From IMG/VR virus record IMGVR_UViG_3300021478_000027: a DNA stretch of 64,000 bases; one strand, given 5' to 3'. Source of the stretch: an uncultured virus (IMG/VR IMGVR_UViG_3300021478_000027). Taxonomy: Duplodnaviria > Heunggongvirae > Uroviricota > Caudoviricetes. Shown piece after piece: positions 28,548 through 39,711 of this stretch (position 1 is its first letter; each line of letters begins with the position of its first letter). The position numbers were made by a program, and so were the translations under genes. The notes below the pieces were generated by a model, which was given only the letters and a program-made list of their open reading frames with translations, was not told the DNA's origin and did not search any database.

Positions 28548-28925
28548 TTACGTCAGCGGTGTTGGCGCGGTAGCCCTGACCTTGCTGATCAGGCCGTTGA
28601 GATAGGCGACCGCCCCCGGTTGTAGCGCGAGGTTTGCCACAAGTTCTTCCGAGGCGCACCCCGCGGTGATCCAGATCGCATAGGGTCCGGCGATTGGTGC
28701 TAGTGCCATCGCCTGGTTGCACAATCCCGCTACCACTGCTTGGTTATTCTGTGCGTTCTGCACCTGTGCCGGGGTGATCGGGCCAGCGCAAGCGCCGAGA
28801 ACCAGAGCAGCGGCGACAAGAGATGTGCGGGCCTGCCTGCCAAACCAACCCAGCCAGTGGCAGCCTATGTATGCTGGGCATGGGCCTCCAACTCTACCCG
28901 CTCGGGAGGCGTACGTTCTAATCAT
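28548..28925 (-). CDS. Putative lipoprotein (possible spanin-like)
   Basis: Hydrophobic stretch with lipobox LVAAALVLGAC, directly after the endolysin. Confidence 0.45.
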   Translation of the reverse strand: MIRTYASRAGRVGGPCPAYIGCHWLGWFGRQARTSLVAAALVLGACAGPITPAQVQNAQNNQAVVAGLCNQAMALAPIAGPYAIWITAGCASEELVANLALQPGAVAYLNGLISKVRATAPTPLT

Positions 28926-30122
28926 GGCTTCCCTCATACGCAGCGACGATCGCCGCCAAGGTTTTGGGCCCCCATTTTCCATCGACCACGATGTCGGCGC
29001 CGTCCACCTTGAGCCAATACTGGAGCGTTTCCAGCGCAGGCATGGCGCCGATGTCGGACATATCGGATACGGCGGGGACGACCGGTGGTGATGGCGTAGG
29101 TGTCACGGGCGCTGGCGTGGCGGGTTGAGCAACCGTGGCCAGTGCATCGAGGTAGAGCCACTTGGCCCGGTTGGCCGTCCACACGTCGACATAGTGCTGA
29201 TCAGGTCTCCCCTGCGCCGCGGCGCCATTTCCCTCGTTATCCCAGCCGACCATTCGGCCAGTGTCGGCGGGCGCCCGAAATGCGTCTGTAGGTAGTTCCA
29301 TCCCTGCGAGGCGTACTTAAGCCCGTAAAGGATACCGACCTTCGGGTCGTACATCTGCGCTGGATCGCCGACAAGTCCGAGTCCTGCCGCAGTGCTGTCG
29401 AGCACCTGCATCAAACCATACGAGGCAACGCCACTTGGCTCCTGCCGATGTGCATTTGGATCGAAGTTTGATTCCGTCTCGCAGAACGCCATGAATGAGC
29501 TGCGCTGAAACCAGTTGCCGAATTGCGCCGCGTTGACGACATCGAATGCCGCCAAGGCCGCGCTTTCTCCGTCTGTTAATCCAGCGTGACTGACGACCGG
29601 AATAGCGGCAGGCGGTGCGGGAAGTGGAGCGACGGTCGGCGTGGCCGTTGCGTCAGGATACCATGTCCCAGCGAATAGGCCGGTCTGCTGATCGACCGTG
29701 CAGCCTTGGATGTGGTCGCTGTCGCGGAAAGAGTGCGGCTGGTCAGGCAGCCCCCAATCGTAACCGCTAATGACGGCCCGGTCGGGTGTGGAAACCTGAG
29801 CTGCCAACCCGACACAGAACGTCCAGTCGCCGTCCCAGGACGCCTGACCATTAACCAGCTTGGCAAAGTCACATGCCAACCCGTAATGATGGACGCCCAC
29901 CTTGCTGAGCTGCGTCGCACCCTGTTGGAAAAGCTGCGTCTGTCTCTCCGAGCTGCGGTACGTCTCGGTGACAATCAACTCGATGCCGAGCGCTTTGCTC
30001 GCCGCCATAAAGGCGGCGACTTGGCCCCGAAACGTCGGCTCCAGCAAAGCCATGTCCCGGATAGGCTCAGCATTGTGAAACCGGGAATCGACCTGTAAGA
30101 CATCGGTATAGAAATTGCCCAT
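28918..30122 (-). pseudogene. Endolysin (M15-like peptidase + SLT transglycosylase) split by a 1-nt frameshift at 29240/29241
   Basis: VTETYRS.ERQ..LF...HHYGLACDF...DSDH (M15); TESNFDPNA...SYGLMQV (SLT). Adding one T restores SAGYNEGNG and joins ORF 28918..29301. Confidence 0.8.
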
Positions 30123-31207
30123 GCCTTAATTATGCTCTTTTAAGAGTGTATATGAAACTGTGCTTGTACCAAAACGCCAACCACCGAAAAAAGAATTAAG
30201 ATAACGCCGCCAGCCACCGTCCAGAGAAGGCTCTGAATGCGCTGAATGGACTTTTGATTTCGGTCGTCCATCAGGAACTGATCGGTACGAAGCTTGGCAA
30301 GCTCAAGTGTCAATTCGTTCCTGGCGGTGGAGAGTTCAGTTCGAGTACCCCGGACCTCGTCGCGCTGTGCCTCATAGCGCCGCCCGCACTCCTCGATATG
30401 CGACCTGAGCTGCATCGCCACGAGTTTCGCTCCGAACATTACTCCATCACCCATAACGATGCCCGAGCGAAATCGTTCAGGGCATGATACTAACGTAATA
30501 TTTTCAACAGCGTGCTCAATCATTGAGGGCATTTGGGGCGTAATTGATACATATGGTTGAAAAAAAGGGGCCTTAATGGCCCCTTCTATCAACCGCTTGA
30601 CACCATCATCCTTACGGTAGCGTAACAAACTGCAAAGCCGTCACGGTGATGGCGCCAGCCGTGACGGTGATCGTTAGAACGCCCGTCACGCCATTAGGCG
30701 TATACGTCGCCGTGGCAGGACCGGTCTGGTCCGCGGTGCCGGCGGCAGCTGAAAAGTCAAAGCCGACGCCATCGGCATTGGGGGCAACGGTAACGCCAGT
30801 CAGAGCCGGGTCGAGCGCCCAGGTAATGTCCGCCGGAACGATGGCGATTCCGTCCTGGTTTTCGACGCCAATTTCGACAGTGGCGCCTGCGGCGATCGTT
30901 TCGGAGGTGACGACGGTCGGCATGTGATGTCTCCTATGGTATCTGCGCAAGTTAACAAACTTTAGCGCCCTTACGTGCCGGTGGAGGTGATGGCGCTTCC
31001 GGCGACGAATCAAGCGCTTTTCCATTACGTAAATTATCACGAATACAATTCCCGCGAAAGATAGGGAAACTACCCTAGCGTTCAACGCGCGTATAAAACA
31101 ATCAGAATTAACACGATCACGATGACGACCCCTACGCCCAGCCAGTGGCTTTTTTTATGGGCGGCACTGATGAACCGTCCTTGGGCATTCCGGTCAGAGT
31201 CCATGGC

Positions 31208-31438
31208 TCACCTTAACATCGGCACCATGCCGCCTCCGCCCACAAGCATTGTCAGGAACCAGATGAGGCATAGGAGCGCGATGATCAGCAGCGCGATCTT
31301 GACTACCATCGGTGGGACGGGAATGCCAAGCTGACCCAGCACCCACAGGATGACCCAGCCGATCCCTACAAGGATGCAGAGAAAGACGAGGAACCAGAGG
31401 ATGTTGATCGCCAAGGTTAACATCGTTGCACCATGCAT
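31208..31438 (-). CDS. Small two-TM membrane protein
   Basis: Two long hydrophobic segments; lies in the lysis region. Confidence 0.55.
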   Translation of the reverse strand: MHGATMLTLAINILWFLVFLCILVGIGWVILWVLGQLGIPVPPMVVKIALLIIALLCLIWFLTMLVGGGGMVPMLR

Positions 31439-31608
31439 GAGTTTGGCACTCCCCGAAACTGTCGGAAATTACCTAGAACCATTGCGCTTCTCCAAAGCAG
31501 CAAGCGTTTTTTCGCAGACCGCGAGCCGCGCCTGGATGACAATGAGGTCGTTCCGCAACGATAAGATCATGGCGCGAAGGCGGGACAGGATGGCATTAGC
31601 CGATTCCT

Positions 31609-32028
31609 TCATTCTTGGCGTTCATTTGGCACACCCCCGATTGGCGACTGGTTTAGCGCTGGTGGTGAGGGAGCTGGGGTAGCGATCGGGGTTGGTTTCG
31701 GCGTTAGCGGTGACCCAGGATTTAACACGGGGTTGTCGTCCGCGGTCGTCGGAATGCTCGTCGCCAGCGACGCGCCCTGCGCGGCGATCGTCGCATCCTT
31801 GTCCTGGCTGCCTTTCGAGCTGCCGAAATAAAAACTCACCGCGACCGTCGCGAGGGCCACCGTCGCGCTAAACATCTGGGTTCGCAGCGTGTCGTTCCCC
31901 ATAACACAGGAAGCAACCAGCGCCCCGGCAAAAATCAGAAGTATCAAATACGATAGAGTTGGGACGACCCACCACGGCAAAAGAGGGCCAGGTGGTGGAA
32001 CAACAGGCGGCGGCACAGGGTCAGCCAT
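31609..32028 (-). CDS. Putative holin
   Basis: Two TM segments ending in VSFYFGSSKGSQDKD, a motif typical of phage holin-like proteins. Confidence 0.6.
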   Translation of the reverse strand: MADPVPPPVVPPPGPLLPWWVVPTLSYLILLIFAGALVASCVMGNDTLRTQMFSATVALATVAVSFYFGSSKGSQDKDATIAAQGASLATSIPTTADDNPVLNPGSPLTPKPTPIATPAPSPPALNQSPIGGVPNERQE

Positions 32029-32115
32029 GAATAGTCTTTACCACTTATCGCTTTTCGTGTATAGGCGATGGTGTGCCCGATTGTTCGGGTACGGGTACAC
32101 CTCAGATGACAACTT

Positions 32116-32145
32116 GCCCCGTCTCACAGCGGGGCTTTTTATTTT
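32116..32145 (+). terminator. Rho-independent terminator (+ strand)
   Basis: GCCCCG-loop-CGGGGC followed by TTTTTATTTT. Confidence 0.6.
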
Positions 32146-32445
32146 CGCAAAGTCCTCCGGTCCAGATGTGCCATGATCTCGCTGGTCGTTGGCCGCGTCT
32201 GCTCCAGAACCTTGATCCGGTCTAACAACAGGTCATGCTCGTGGCGGGCGTCATCGTGAAGCTGATCCAATTGCCGATTGATGTCGTCCCGGAGCTGCTT
32301 GAACTGGTCGTTAACCTTGCCCCGGAACTCTTCATGCTCGCGAATTGATAAGGATTTGTCGAAAGATCGAGCAATCAGCGCAATGGCTGAAATGAGAACG
32401 GCACCGATGGCGACAATGACGGACCAATCCGTGCTCATTTTTACC

Positions 32446-34494
32446 CTAGTTTGTCGTCCCGAACGTCCATTCGGCCAGAATCCGTTTGGTGCTCAACGTC
32501 GAATTTGCATATGCCTGTCCAAGGTCATTGTAAGACGTAAATTGACCCGCATTATTGAGGACCAAGTGAACTGGCGAGCCAACATTCGTAAATCCAGCTG
32601 CAACGCCCGAATTTGTGTTAAAGGGCTGACAAAGCAGCGGTACACCGCTAATCGCATTAACCGCGCCACTGACTGTGCTCGGATATGTCAGATCAACATG
32701 AACCGTGCATCCGTGCTGGGTCTTCAAGTATGTCGCAATGACGTTGCTGAACGTCAAGCTCGCGCCGGACGCATCGGCTGGCGTCCAATTCCACGGGCCG
32801 ATGCCAAAGTAATGCCCCTCGCCGTCTACGCCCCAGATGGCTTCAGTGCCCGTGCTTAATGGTGCTCCGGTTGACGACGGTGCCGCGTGTGCGTCCAAAG
32901 ACCAACCAAGAATGTGAATGCCGCCATCTGATGGCACCCACGAACCACCGACCGTGCGGTTCACGTCGGTATCGCAGACTGTGTAATCGATCTGTACGTC
33001 AGTCGGTGTGAAGAGAGCGCCGCCTGGCGCGGCGATCTGCAGGCAATCTCCCTGCGCCCCAATGCCATTAAGCTTGAACAATTGGATATTGGACATCGAT
33101 GTCTGTACTACGAAACCAAGGCGCATCCCATAAGTGCCGGCGGTGTTCCCGTCGTAGAGCCAGTGCAGACGCTCAAAGCGATCAGTGATAACCGCCGCGC
33201 CGCAGGGATTGCAAGACGTGTCACCGATGATACCGCCGCTGCCGCCGACGCCTGGCGATGTCGCGAAAAGGTCGTGGAACCAATCGTTTTCCAGCCCCCC
33301 GCCCCACGTATTAGTAACGCCAGTGCTTACTAAGATAAACGCCGGTCCTCCTATATTTCGATCAACGCCAAGCCAGCCGTATTCGGAATCAAGTATATTG
33401 TTTATCTTTAATCCAGTACTACAAATATTAGCGCAATCGATTCCAATACGCAGGAGGTTGATCGAAGCCGCCGGTCCTTGTAACGTCAGAGGAATCGTTG
33501 CACCTGCGCCTGTCCAGATAAACTGCGTGTTCAGCGACGGTGTGGTGCTGCTTGTTTGCTCGGGATATTGCGGTTCACCCTTTATCGTTACGCCATTGCA
33601 AGACGATAGCGTCGAAGGCGAACCATTGCCGATAGTGTGAGCGGCTGCCAACTGAAACGGAGAGGTCACAAACGGGATAAGAATAGGAACGTGACTGGAG
33701 CAGGCATAGGTAATAGCGCTACTGAGGGCGGCATCGGCATTGCTGCCGCCTTTCGCTCCCCACTGACGCAGATCAGCGCCCTGAACCGGGAACACGGCAT
33801 AAAAACTGTTCCCGTCGCCACTCGTCGTGTTGACGCAAGAGCCACCATCGTTTACCCGCGAGTTGGCGGCGCAGGTTCCCGTTTCAGGTTGATACCATAA
33901 GGGAGCAGCCCCCAGCCCAGCGCTGTAATCGTCCCGCCAGACGCCTTTTCCATATGTCGCGGTCAGGCTCGCCTGGAGGGTCGCTAGTGTTGCCACATGA
34001 GCCGATAACAATCCGCCATCAGCAACGGTCGTCCCGCCATTCCATATGACGACATCGCCTACCGTTGGCGCTGGGTTAGTCGGACCAATGACGTTGCCGT
34101 TACCGGCGCCAGGGAATGGATAATTCACACCATTTAGATTAATGTTAAGACCGAGTGGGGCAGCGCCACCAATGGAGTTGTAAGAAAACAACCCGCCCCC
34201 CAGAGCATTGGCCCCCAAACATAATTGGTGATAGCCACCAGGCGCATTGATCAGCGCATCGTTAATGCAGAATGGCGTCCCGGTATTGGTGATCCCCATC
34301 TCGGTCAGATAGCCTTGACCGTTCTTGTTCGATCCAGCCGAGCCCCCGCCATCGACCGCGACGGTGCATGTGCTGTTCTGGCAGCGAACCGTGTGTCCCG
34401 GCGTAAAAGAACCACTCGGGACAATTTGCCCTTGGTTCTGCGCCAACGCTGGCGAAGCAGCCAGCAAAAGTGCGCCCAGAAGCCACTTGAACAC
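32446..34494 (-). CDS. Tail spike/fibre with beta-helix depolymerase-like region
   Basis: DLRQWGAKGG..ADAALSSAI motif; Gly/Thr-rich; follows the ejection genes; N-terminus looks like a signal peptide. Confidence 0.65.
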   Translation of the reverse strand: MFKWLLGALLLAASPALAQNQGQIVPSGSFTPGHTVRCQNSTCTVAVDGGGSAGSNKNGQGYLTEMGITNTGTPFCINDALINAPGGYHQLCLGANALGGGLFSYNSIGGAAPLGLNINLNGVNYPFPGAGNGNVIGPTNPAPTVGDVVIWNGGTTVADGGLLSAHVATLATLQASLTATYGKGVWRDDYSAGLGAAPLWYQPETGTCAANSRVNDGGSCVNTTSGDGNSFYAVFPVQGADLRQWGAKGGSNADAALSSAITYACSSHVPILIPFVTSPFQLAAAHTIGNGSPSTLSSCNGVTIKGEPQYPEQTSSTTPSLNTQFIWTGAGATIPLTLQGPAASINLLRIGIDCANICSTGLKINNILDSEYGWLGVDRNIGGPAFILVSTGVTNTWGGGLENDWFHDLFATSPGVGGSGGIIGDTSCNPCGAAVITDRFERLHWLYDGNTAGTYGMRLGFVVQTSMSNIQLFKLNGIGAQGDCLQIAAPGGALFTPTDVQIDYTVCDTDVNRTVGGSWVPSDGGIHILGWSLDAHAAPSSTGAPLSTGTEAIWGVDGEGHYFGIGPWNWTPADASGASLTFSNVIATYLKTQHGCTVHVDLTYPSTVSGAVNAISGVPLLCQPFNTNSGVAAGFTNVGSPVHLVLNNAGQFTSYNDLGQAYANSTLSTKRILAEWTFGTTN

Positions 34495-34502
34495 GATACC
34501 CC

Positions 34503-34667
34503 CTATCGGCGGCTCTTCCGCTTGCTCCGCGTGGATGACCGCTTTGATTTCTTTGCGAAGTCCCGCAATTGGGATTCGCTCATGCCAGTCTCTGTCCGCT
34601 TGCCGGCACGTTTCCGCGCTAACTCGGCACTCATAAAGCGCCGCTGTGTTTCTGATGAACTAGGCAC
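34503..34667 (-). CDS. Small basic DUF3008-like protein
   Basis: PSSSETQRRFMSAELARKRAG...MSESQLRDFA. Confidence 0.5.
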   Translation of the reverse strand: MPSSSETQRRFMSAELARKRAGKRTETGMSESQLRDFAKKSKRSSTRSKRKSRR

Positions 34668-35187
34668 CAAAATGCTCCTTGGCAAATAGCTCTGCATATC
34701 GCTTCAGAAGCCATGTATTATATGAAGTTGTACAAATCACCAAATTTTCGTGTCTATTATCATCTTTCATCATATTAACGTGGTGAACGCACTCACCTTT
34801 TCTTATTCGTCTTCCCAACACTGTTTCAGCTATCACCACATGCTCAAGCCTCTGTTTACCTCTTTGATTGTACACCCTGTAGCCAGAGCTCTGCAAAAAA
34901 GAAGGGCCATCACGGAATTGAGTTTCAGCAAAACACGCCCGGCAACGCTTCCCTTGAGGATTACTCGTTAAATGAGGGCAATGCGTCGTACGGTACATCG
35001 ATTTCCCATCTATCTGCCCTACATAATGATTGTGTTGTCTTCTATAACGATTTACAGCCGTTTGAGGTAAATTATTCAGCTTTTGAATATGGCGTTTTTG
35101 CTGTAGCGATTTCATATCGAATCCCAAGAGCTTCTTTAGTTGTCTGGGTTTCATAATGGCCAAAACGTTTTCACTCTCTGCGGGCAT
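34660..35187 (-). CDS. HNH homing endonuclease
   Basis: LEHVVIAETVLGR...ECVHHVNMMKDDNRHENL; AT-richer than its flanks. Confidence 0.85.
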   Translation of the reverse strand: MPAESENVLAIMKPRQLKKLLGFDMKSLQQKRHIQKLNNLPQTAVNRYRRQHNHYVGQIDGKSMYRTTHCPHLTSNPQGKRCRACFAETQFRDGPSFLQSSGYRVYNQRGKQRLEHVVIAETVLGRRIRKGECVHHVNMMKDDNRHENLVICTTSYNTWLLKRYAELFAKEHFGA

Positions 35188-35704
35188 GGCGACCCCTCCA
35201 CCAGATCACGGCGAGCACAAAGAGACCGTACAGCCCCACGCCGACGAGCTGCGCCTGCGTCGGGTTGGCGATCACCATCAGCCACAGCACAAAGGCGCTT
35301 GATACGATCGCCAGGTCGGTTAGCGCGGCCAGCGCGACGAGGCTCTTCTGGCTCAGCGACTTCATCGAAAGGAACATCAGGCTGGTGAGCGCATGCGTCA
35401 GGTTAGGCTGCGGCGGTGGGGCCGGCGCTATCTCGGGAACATCGGTCTCCTCGACCGCCGTCAGCCGGGTGCTACGCATCGGCGTGATCCCCCCGGATCT
35501 CGCGTGCCCAATCCTTCATATTGCGTCCTCCGGCGTCTTCATCACTAACCTTAGCATTTAACTTCTCGTCCCCCAAATAGAGCGTGGTCGTGCTTTTGAG
35601 CACGTCGATGCGGATGTCGATTGCCGCCTTCATTTCCGGCGCATTGACCTCATCGATGAGGTCTTCGGCAAGTTGGAGGAGTTTCTGACGGAGAGGGTTT
35701 TCAC

Positions 35705-37513
35705 TCATTGGATGCCCAGTGCTGAATGTTGGGGTGATTGATAGCCTACCGCTGCGCCGATGGCCGGGATGGTTCGCTGAATGCCGGAGGAAACAGCTTC
35801 TCGGCTGCGATCAAAAGCGGACGGCTGCGTCTGCCGAAGTTTTTCCGCCGCCTCAAACATCTGTTTCACCGCTCTATTAGGACTGAACATATGTTCTCTC
35901 ATGCTCCTGAAAATTTGGAACCCCGCTGCCGACGCTAGCGCGCTAGGATCAAAATGCACCAGAGCATGAATCAGCTGATCACCAGAGGCGATATCCAAGA
36001 GCGTGCTTCCAAGGCCACCCTTTACATTTCGCCCTTGAACAATAGACCTGTGGACGACATCCTTTTCGATGGAGCGGACCTGACCGTAAGCGTTCTTGAG
36101 CGCTTGATATCCCGGACCTGTGGCTTTTTCGATAGTCGTGTCCAGCGCCTCACGCATTTTATTGGCCACCATCGCATCGATAGCCGCCGATCGTGATGCG
36201 TAATTTGGCGTAGCCTGCCGATAGAACGCCTGTAGTTTCCCGTTGAAATTTTTAATGGCTTCCTGCGCCTCTAACGGAGTATACGCTACTTTCGCAGCGT
36301 AGTTATCTGCCAATTGATTTGCGGCCCTGACGACATCACTATCGCTTTCAGCTAAAGTAGACTTCCCAAGTTTTCGCAATTCCTTGACAATAGGATTAAG
36401 ATCAACCCACAGGCCTTTGGTTTTTTTTAGAGCCTCTTGCTCGATTGCGGACATACGATCAAGGTTAGCTCTGGCGGCGTTTAATTCTTTTCTGGCCGCA
36501 GCCTGCCCCTCTATCGAGTTCATGCCGGACAATCGCATTTCAGCATCTCTAACTGCCAGACTTGCATCCATCGCTTTTGATTGAGCCTGCGCCAAGTCTC
36601 TCTGGAATGCCTGTGGAACAGGTGCGCCTACATTGGTTGCGGCAGACGCCGCTGTAGCTTTAGCGTTGTATTCCTCAAATATTTTCCGCTTTGTCTGATC
36701 TATGGACTCCGCGAACTGTGCAAGGCTCTGTGGAGCCTGTCCGACGATTTTGTCGGGTCTAGTCGGATCAGTAAGCTCCAGAGAACCTTTTCTATCGAGA
36801 ATGTGGTCTAATGCGCCTCGGAAACCGGCATAAGCATCATTCGCCTTGGTGACAGTCCCCTTCCCAGCCACGCCTGGCTTGATGTATTGCGTATAAACGT
36901 GCTTGATAAAATTTTCGGCAGCTTCCGGCGTCCCGAGAGAAAGGGCATGAGATAGCGCCCCAAACGCTCCACCACCTGCTCCGCCTTCAAGCCCGCCCCT
37001 GACAAGCTGTCCCGCCTTGCCTTTCGCGAAATCGCCTGAAGTCTCGGGGGTCGCGGCACCACTGATTGCGCCGCCCATCGCGCCTTGGACAATGCCAGAC
37101 CCAACCCGGCCCATCAGGCTAGCGCCACCCATCTCGGGCGCGATGATCGACAAGGGTGCGGTCAGAGCAACATCACCGGCAATCCCGCCGACTGTGCGGC
37201 CCCAGCCTTTGTTGTAACCCTCTTTCTCAAGCTGCTTCTCGCGCTGCTGCAACTGAACATCAACGGCCTTGGCCGCTTCCGGCTGGACCTGATTGGCCTT
37301 TTCTTGCTCAGCCGTGTACGCAATCGGTGGCGGATCGAGCGTCGCGTGTGCGCCAATCTGTCCAAGACCGTAAATCTTATCCATCAAGCCCGCGCCAAAG
37401 CCTTGGGCGAACGATGGCGGTTGATCTAACGGAACATTATCCGGCAATCGCTGTGCACTGCCGGCAGACGGCGCGTCGAGCTTCACATCGTCAGGGAGTT
37501 TTACGGCTGCCAT
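35705..37513 (-). CDS. Putative internal virion (ejection) protein
   Basis: 602 aa, helical, with an Ala/Gly-rich segment; podovirus ejectosome position. Confidence 0.55.
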   Translation of the reverse strand: MAAVKLPDDVKLDAPSAGSAQRLPDNVPLDQPPSFAQGFGAGLMDKIYGLGQIGAHATLDPPPIAYTAEQEKANQVQPEAAKAVDVQLQQREKQLEKEGYNKGWGRTVGGIAGDVALTAPLSIIAPEMGGASLMGRVGSGIVQGAMGGAISGAATPETSGDFAKGKAGQLVRGGLEGGAGGGAFGALSHALSLGTPEAAENFIKHVYTQYIKPGVAGKGTVTKANDAYAGFRGALDHILDRKGSLELTDPTRPDKIVGQAPQSLAQFAESIDQTKRKIFEEYNAKATAASAATNVGAPVPQAFQRDLAQAQSKAMDASLAVRDAEMRLSGMNSIEGQAAARKELNAARANLDRMSAIEQEALKKTKGLWVDLNPIVKELRKLGKSTLAESDSDVVRAANQLADNYAAKVAYTPLEAQEAIKNFNGKLQAFYRQATPNYASRSAAIDAMVANKMREALDTTIEKATGPGYQALKNAYGQVRSIEKDVVHRSIVQGRNVKGGLGSTLLDIASGDQLIHALVHFDPSALASAAGFQIFRSMREHMFSPNRAVKQMFEAAEKLRQTQPSAFDRSREAVSSGIQRTIPAIGAAVGYQSPQHSALGIQ

Positions 37514-39711
37514 TTAGAGCCATCCGGCGCCTGGTAAACGTCTTTGCCTTGATATGTCCCGATCTTCTTTGAGCCGGCAGGGATGCCGGGGGGCAATGCT
37601 TCGGTTGGCCCTCCTCCACCCTTGCCCGCTTTATCCGTAGTTTCCAGCGCTTCCTTCGTATGGTCAAACAGCTTCTCGCGAAACGTTCCTTGCCGCTTTT
37701 CATCCTGACCAGCGTACTGAAATTCCAAACCGCGCATCTGACCTAACATGAGGCGCCGCGCTGTCTGGATCACACCCTTGAGCTGTTCAGGTGAACTGGA
37801 CCGATCAAAGTCTGCTTGCAACTCAAGACGTTCCGCTCCCGTACCCGCGTTGTTGCCTAAAACAGCTTTAACAAGCTCGTCGGCTACAATCTTTTTAGCG
37901 ACATCGAAGTCCACCGGACCTTCATAGCCAAATTCTACGAGAACGCGGTTCTTAAGGGCATTAAGCTTTGGCGTATCCTTATTCTGCAAGGCATCGGCTA
38001 ACTGCTGCAAAACGTCGGTATGATCGATCGCCACATTAAGCGAGCGTATCGTATTTCCCTGCGCGCCTGACCCAAACGCCTGTTCCATCGCCCCCAATGC
38101 TCGGATGCGAGCAGCAGCCATAGCCACCGCTTCAAAGCCGGCCTCAGGATGCTCCTCCATAAATTTCTGCATGGCGATGGCAGGCGCTGAGCGCGGCTGG
38201 CTTGTTCCCCTTAATCTGACACTGCCGCCCGGAGGAACCTCCAGCGGTTCATTGGTACCGGCCATGAACCATGAGCCATCGGAAGATTGATAAGCCGCTA
38301 CATTTGTTCTAGTAACCTTACCGTCTGGTCCAACAATATCGATGTTCTTCGCTGCGGAGGGTTTAGAGAACGTGCCGGCTGCTTGGCGCTTGGCCTCTCC
38401 CTCATGCTGCAAGTGCTCTGCGGGTGTAACCGGGCGACCCTCTTTTTGTTCTAACTCCTTATCTTTCTGCTCCACAGAGGCGGCTATCTCTTTCTCTTCG
38501 CGGGCTTTCTTGGCATTGTCGTGTTGCGCCTCAGTAATCTGCGTCGTTAATTGCTGAACCCGCAGACTTTTCTCGATGTTTTCGACGCTCTTCGGATCGA
38601 GATGCTGCTGAAGCTGGTACGCAGTCGAAAGCGTCCCAAGCTCCGTGACCTTTTGATCGTAACTCTTGCGGGCGTCCTCCACGATGTCGCGCGCTTCACC
38701 ATGCAGCAACTCGATCAGCTTCAAGCCGTTGTCGTTGTGGTCCTTCCAGCGCTTGTAGGCGATGTCATAGGCCCGCACGTCGGCCTGGTTCGCTGCCTGC
38801 AACATCTCGCCAGCCGCGTTGATCGCAGCCGTATGGTTCTTTCCAAAGAACCCGCCGAGCATCGCCAGCCCGATGGCCGCGCCCGCCCACTGGTTCCAAT
38901 TCTCACGCATGTCCTGGGGCGGATGCTCGCTGCTCAACTCCCACTTGGCCATCGCCGCCCGTGCGACCTTGCGCAAGTCCTTCCCTTCTGCGAGCGCGTC
39001 GTCATACTCCTTGCTGCGCTTCTGAATGTCCTGCTGCCAGGTTTGCAAGTATGCGCTGGCACCCGCGTTAAAGGAACCAAGCGCGTTAGATCGCAGGTTT
39101 GTCTCCTCGCTTCCCGGCGAGCCGGCGGGACGCTCAAACGAACTGGTGAATACCCCGTATCCCTCCTGTTCGCTGATATTCGGGTTCATCAACTCCGCTT
39201 TGTGCTTTGCGGCAATCGCATCGCCCCCGTTAAATTCTGAAATGGAAAACTTCGCATCCGCCCGCGCAATGGCCACGGGGTCGTTCATATCGACTTTGTT
39301 ATTTTTTAGATAGTTTGCAAACTTTACGGCTCGCTCACCGTGATGCTGGGTAAGACCGATAGAAGTAGGATTGCCGTATTCGTCATAATCACCTGTTGCA
39401 TAAACATTCCAACCGGATTCCACACCAACGCGACGAGACGCTCCTTCAACCGCAGCCGGCGGATATCCCGCCGCGAGCCATTCGTCGCGCCACGCATCTT
39501 TGATCGGATTTGATTGACCGCCAATATCCTTAGGCATAGCGGCGATCTGCTCACCCGGGATTGAGTTGGGCAGAACCGCTGGATGACTAGAATTATTCGG
39601 CAATGGCAATGGCTGATCGCGGCTGATGTCCGAAGGCTGGAACGTCGCCCCGCTCGGCAGGGTAACGATAGACCCACCAGGCGGCGCTGGCTCGGCGACA
39701 AGTCCGTTCAT
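37501..39711 (-). CDS. Internal virion (ejection) protein with phage tail-lysozyme domain
   Basis: GYPPAAVEG...VESGWN...SIGLTQHHGER...FTSSFERP followed by long coiled-coil helices. Confidence 0.7.
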   Translation of the reverse strand: MNGLVAEPAPPGGSIVTLPSGATFQPSDISRDQPLPLPNNSSHPAVLPNSIPGEQIAAMPKDIGGQSNPIKDAWRDEWLAAGYPPAAVEGASRRVGVESGWNVYATGDYDEYGNPTSIGLTQHHGERAVKFANYLKNNKVDMNDPVAIARADAKFSISEFNGGDAIAAKHKAELMNPNISEQEGYGVFTSSFERPAGSPGSEETNLRSNALGSFNAGASAYLQTWQQDIQKRSKEYDDALAEGKDLRKVARAAMAKWELSSEHPPQDMRENWNQWAGAAIGLAMLGGFFGKNHTAAINAAGEMLQAANQADVRAYDIAYKRWKDHNDNGLKLIELLHGEARDIVEDARKSYDQKVTELGTLSTAYQLQQHLDPKSVENIEKSLRVQQLTTQITEAQHDNAKKAREEKEIAASVEQKDKELEQKEGRPVTPAEHLQHEGEAKRQAAGTFSKPSAAKNIDIVGPDGKVTRTNVAAYQSSDGSWFMAGTNEPLEVPPGGSVRLRGTSQPRSAPAIAMQKFMEEHPEAGFEAVAMAAARIRALGAMEQAFGSGAQGNTIRSLNVAIDHTDVLQQLADALQNKDTPKLNALKNRVLVEFGYEGPVDFDVAKKIVADELVKAVLGNNAGTGAERLELQADFDRSSSPEQLKGVIQTARRLMLGQMRGLEFQYAGQDEKRQGTFREKLFDHTKEALETTDKAGKGGGGPTEALPPGIPAGSKKIGTYQGKDVYQAPDGSKWQP

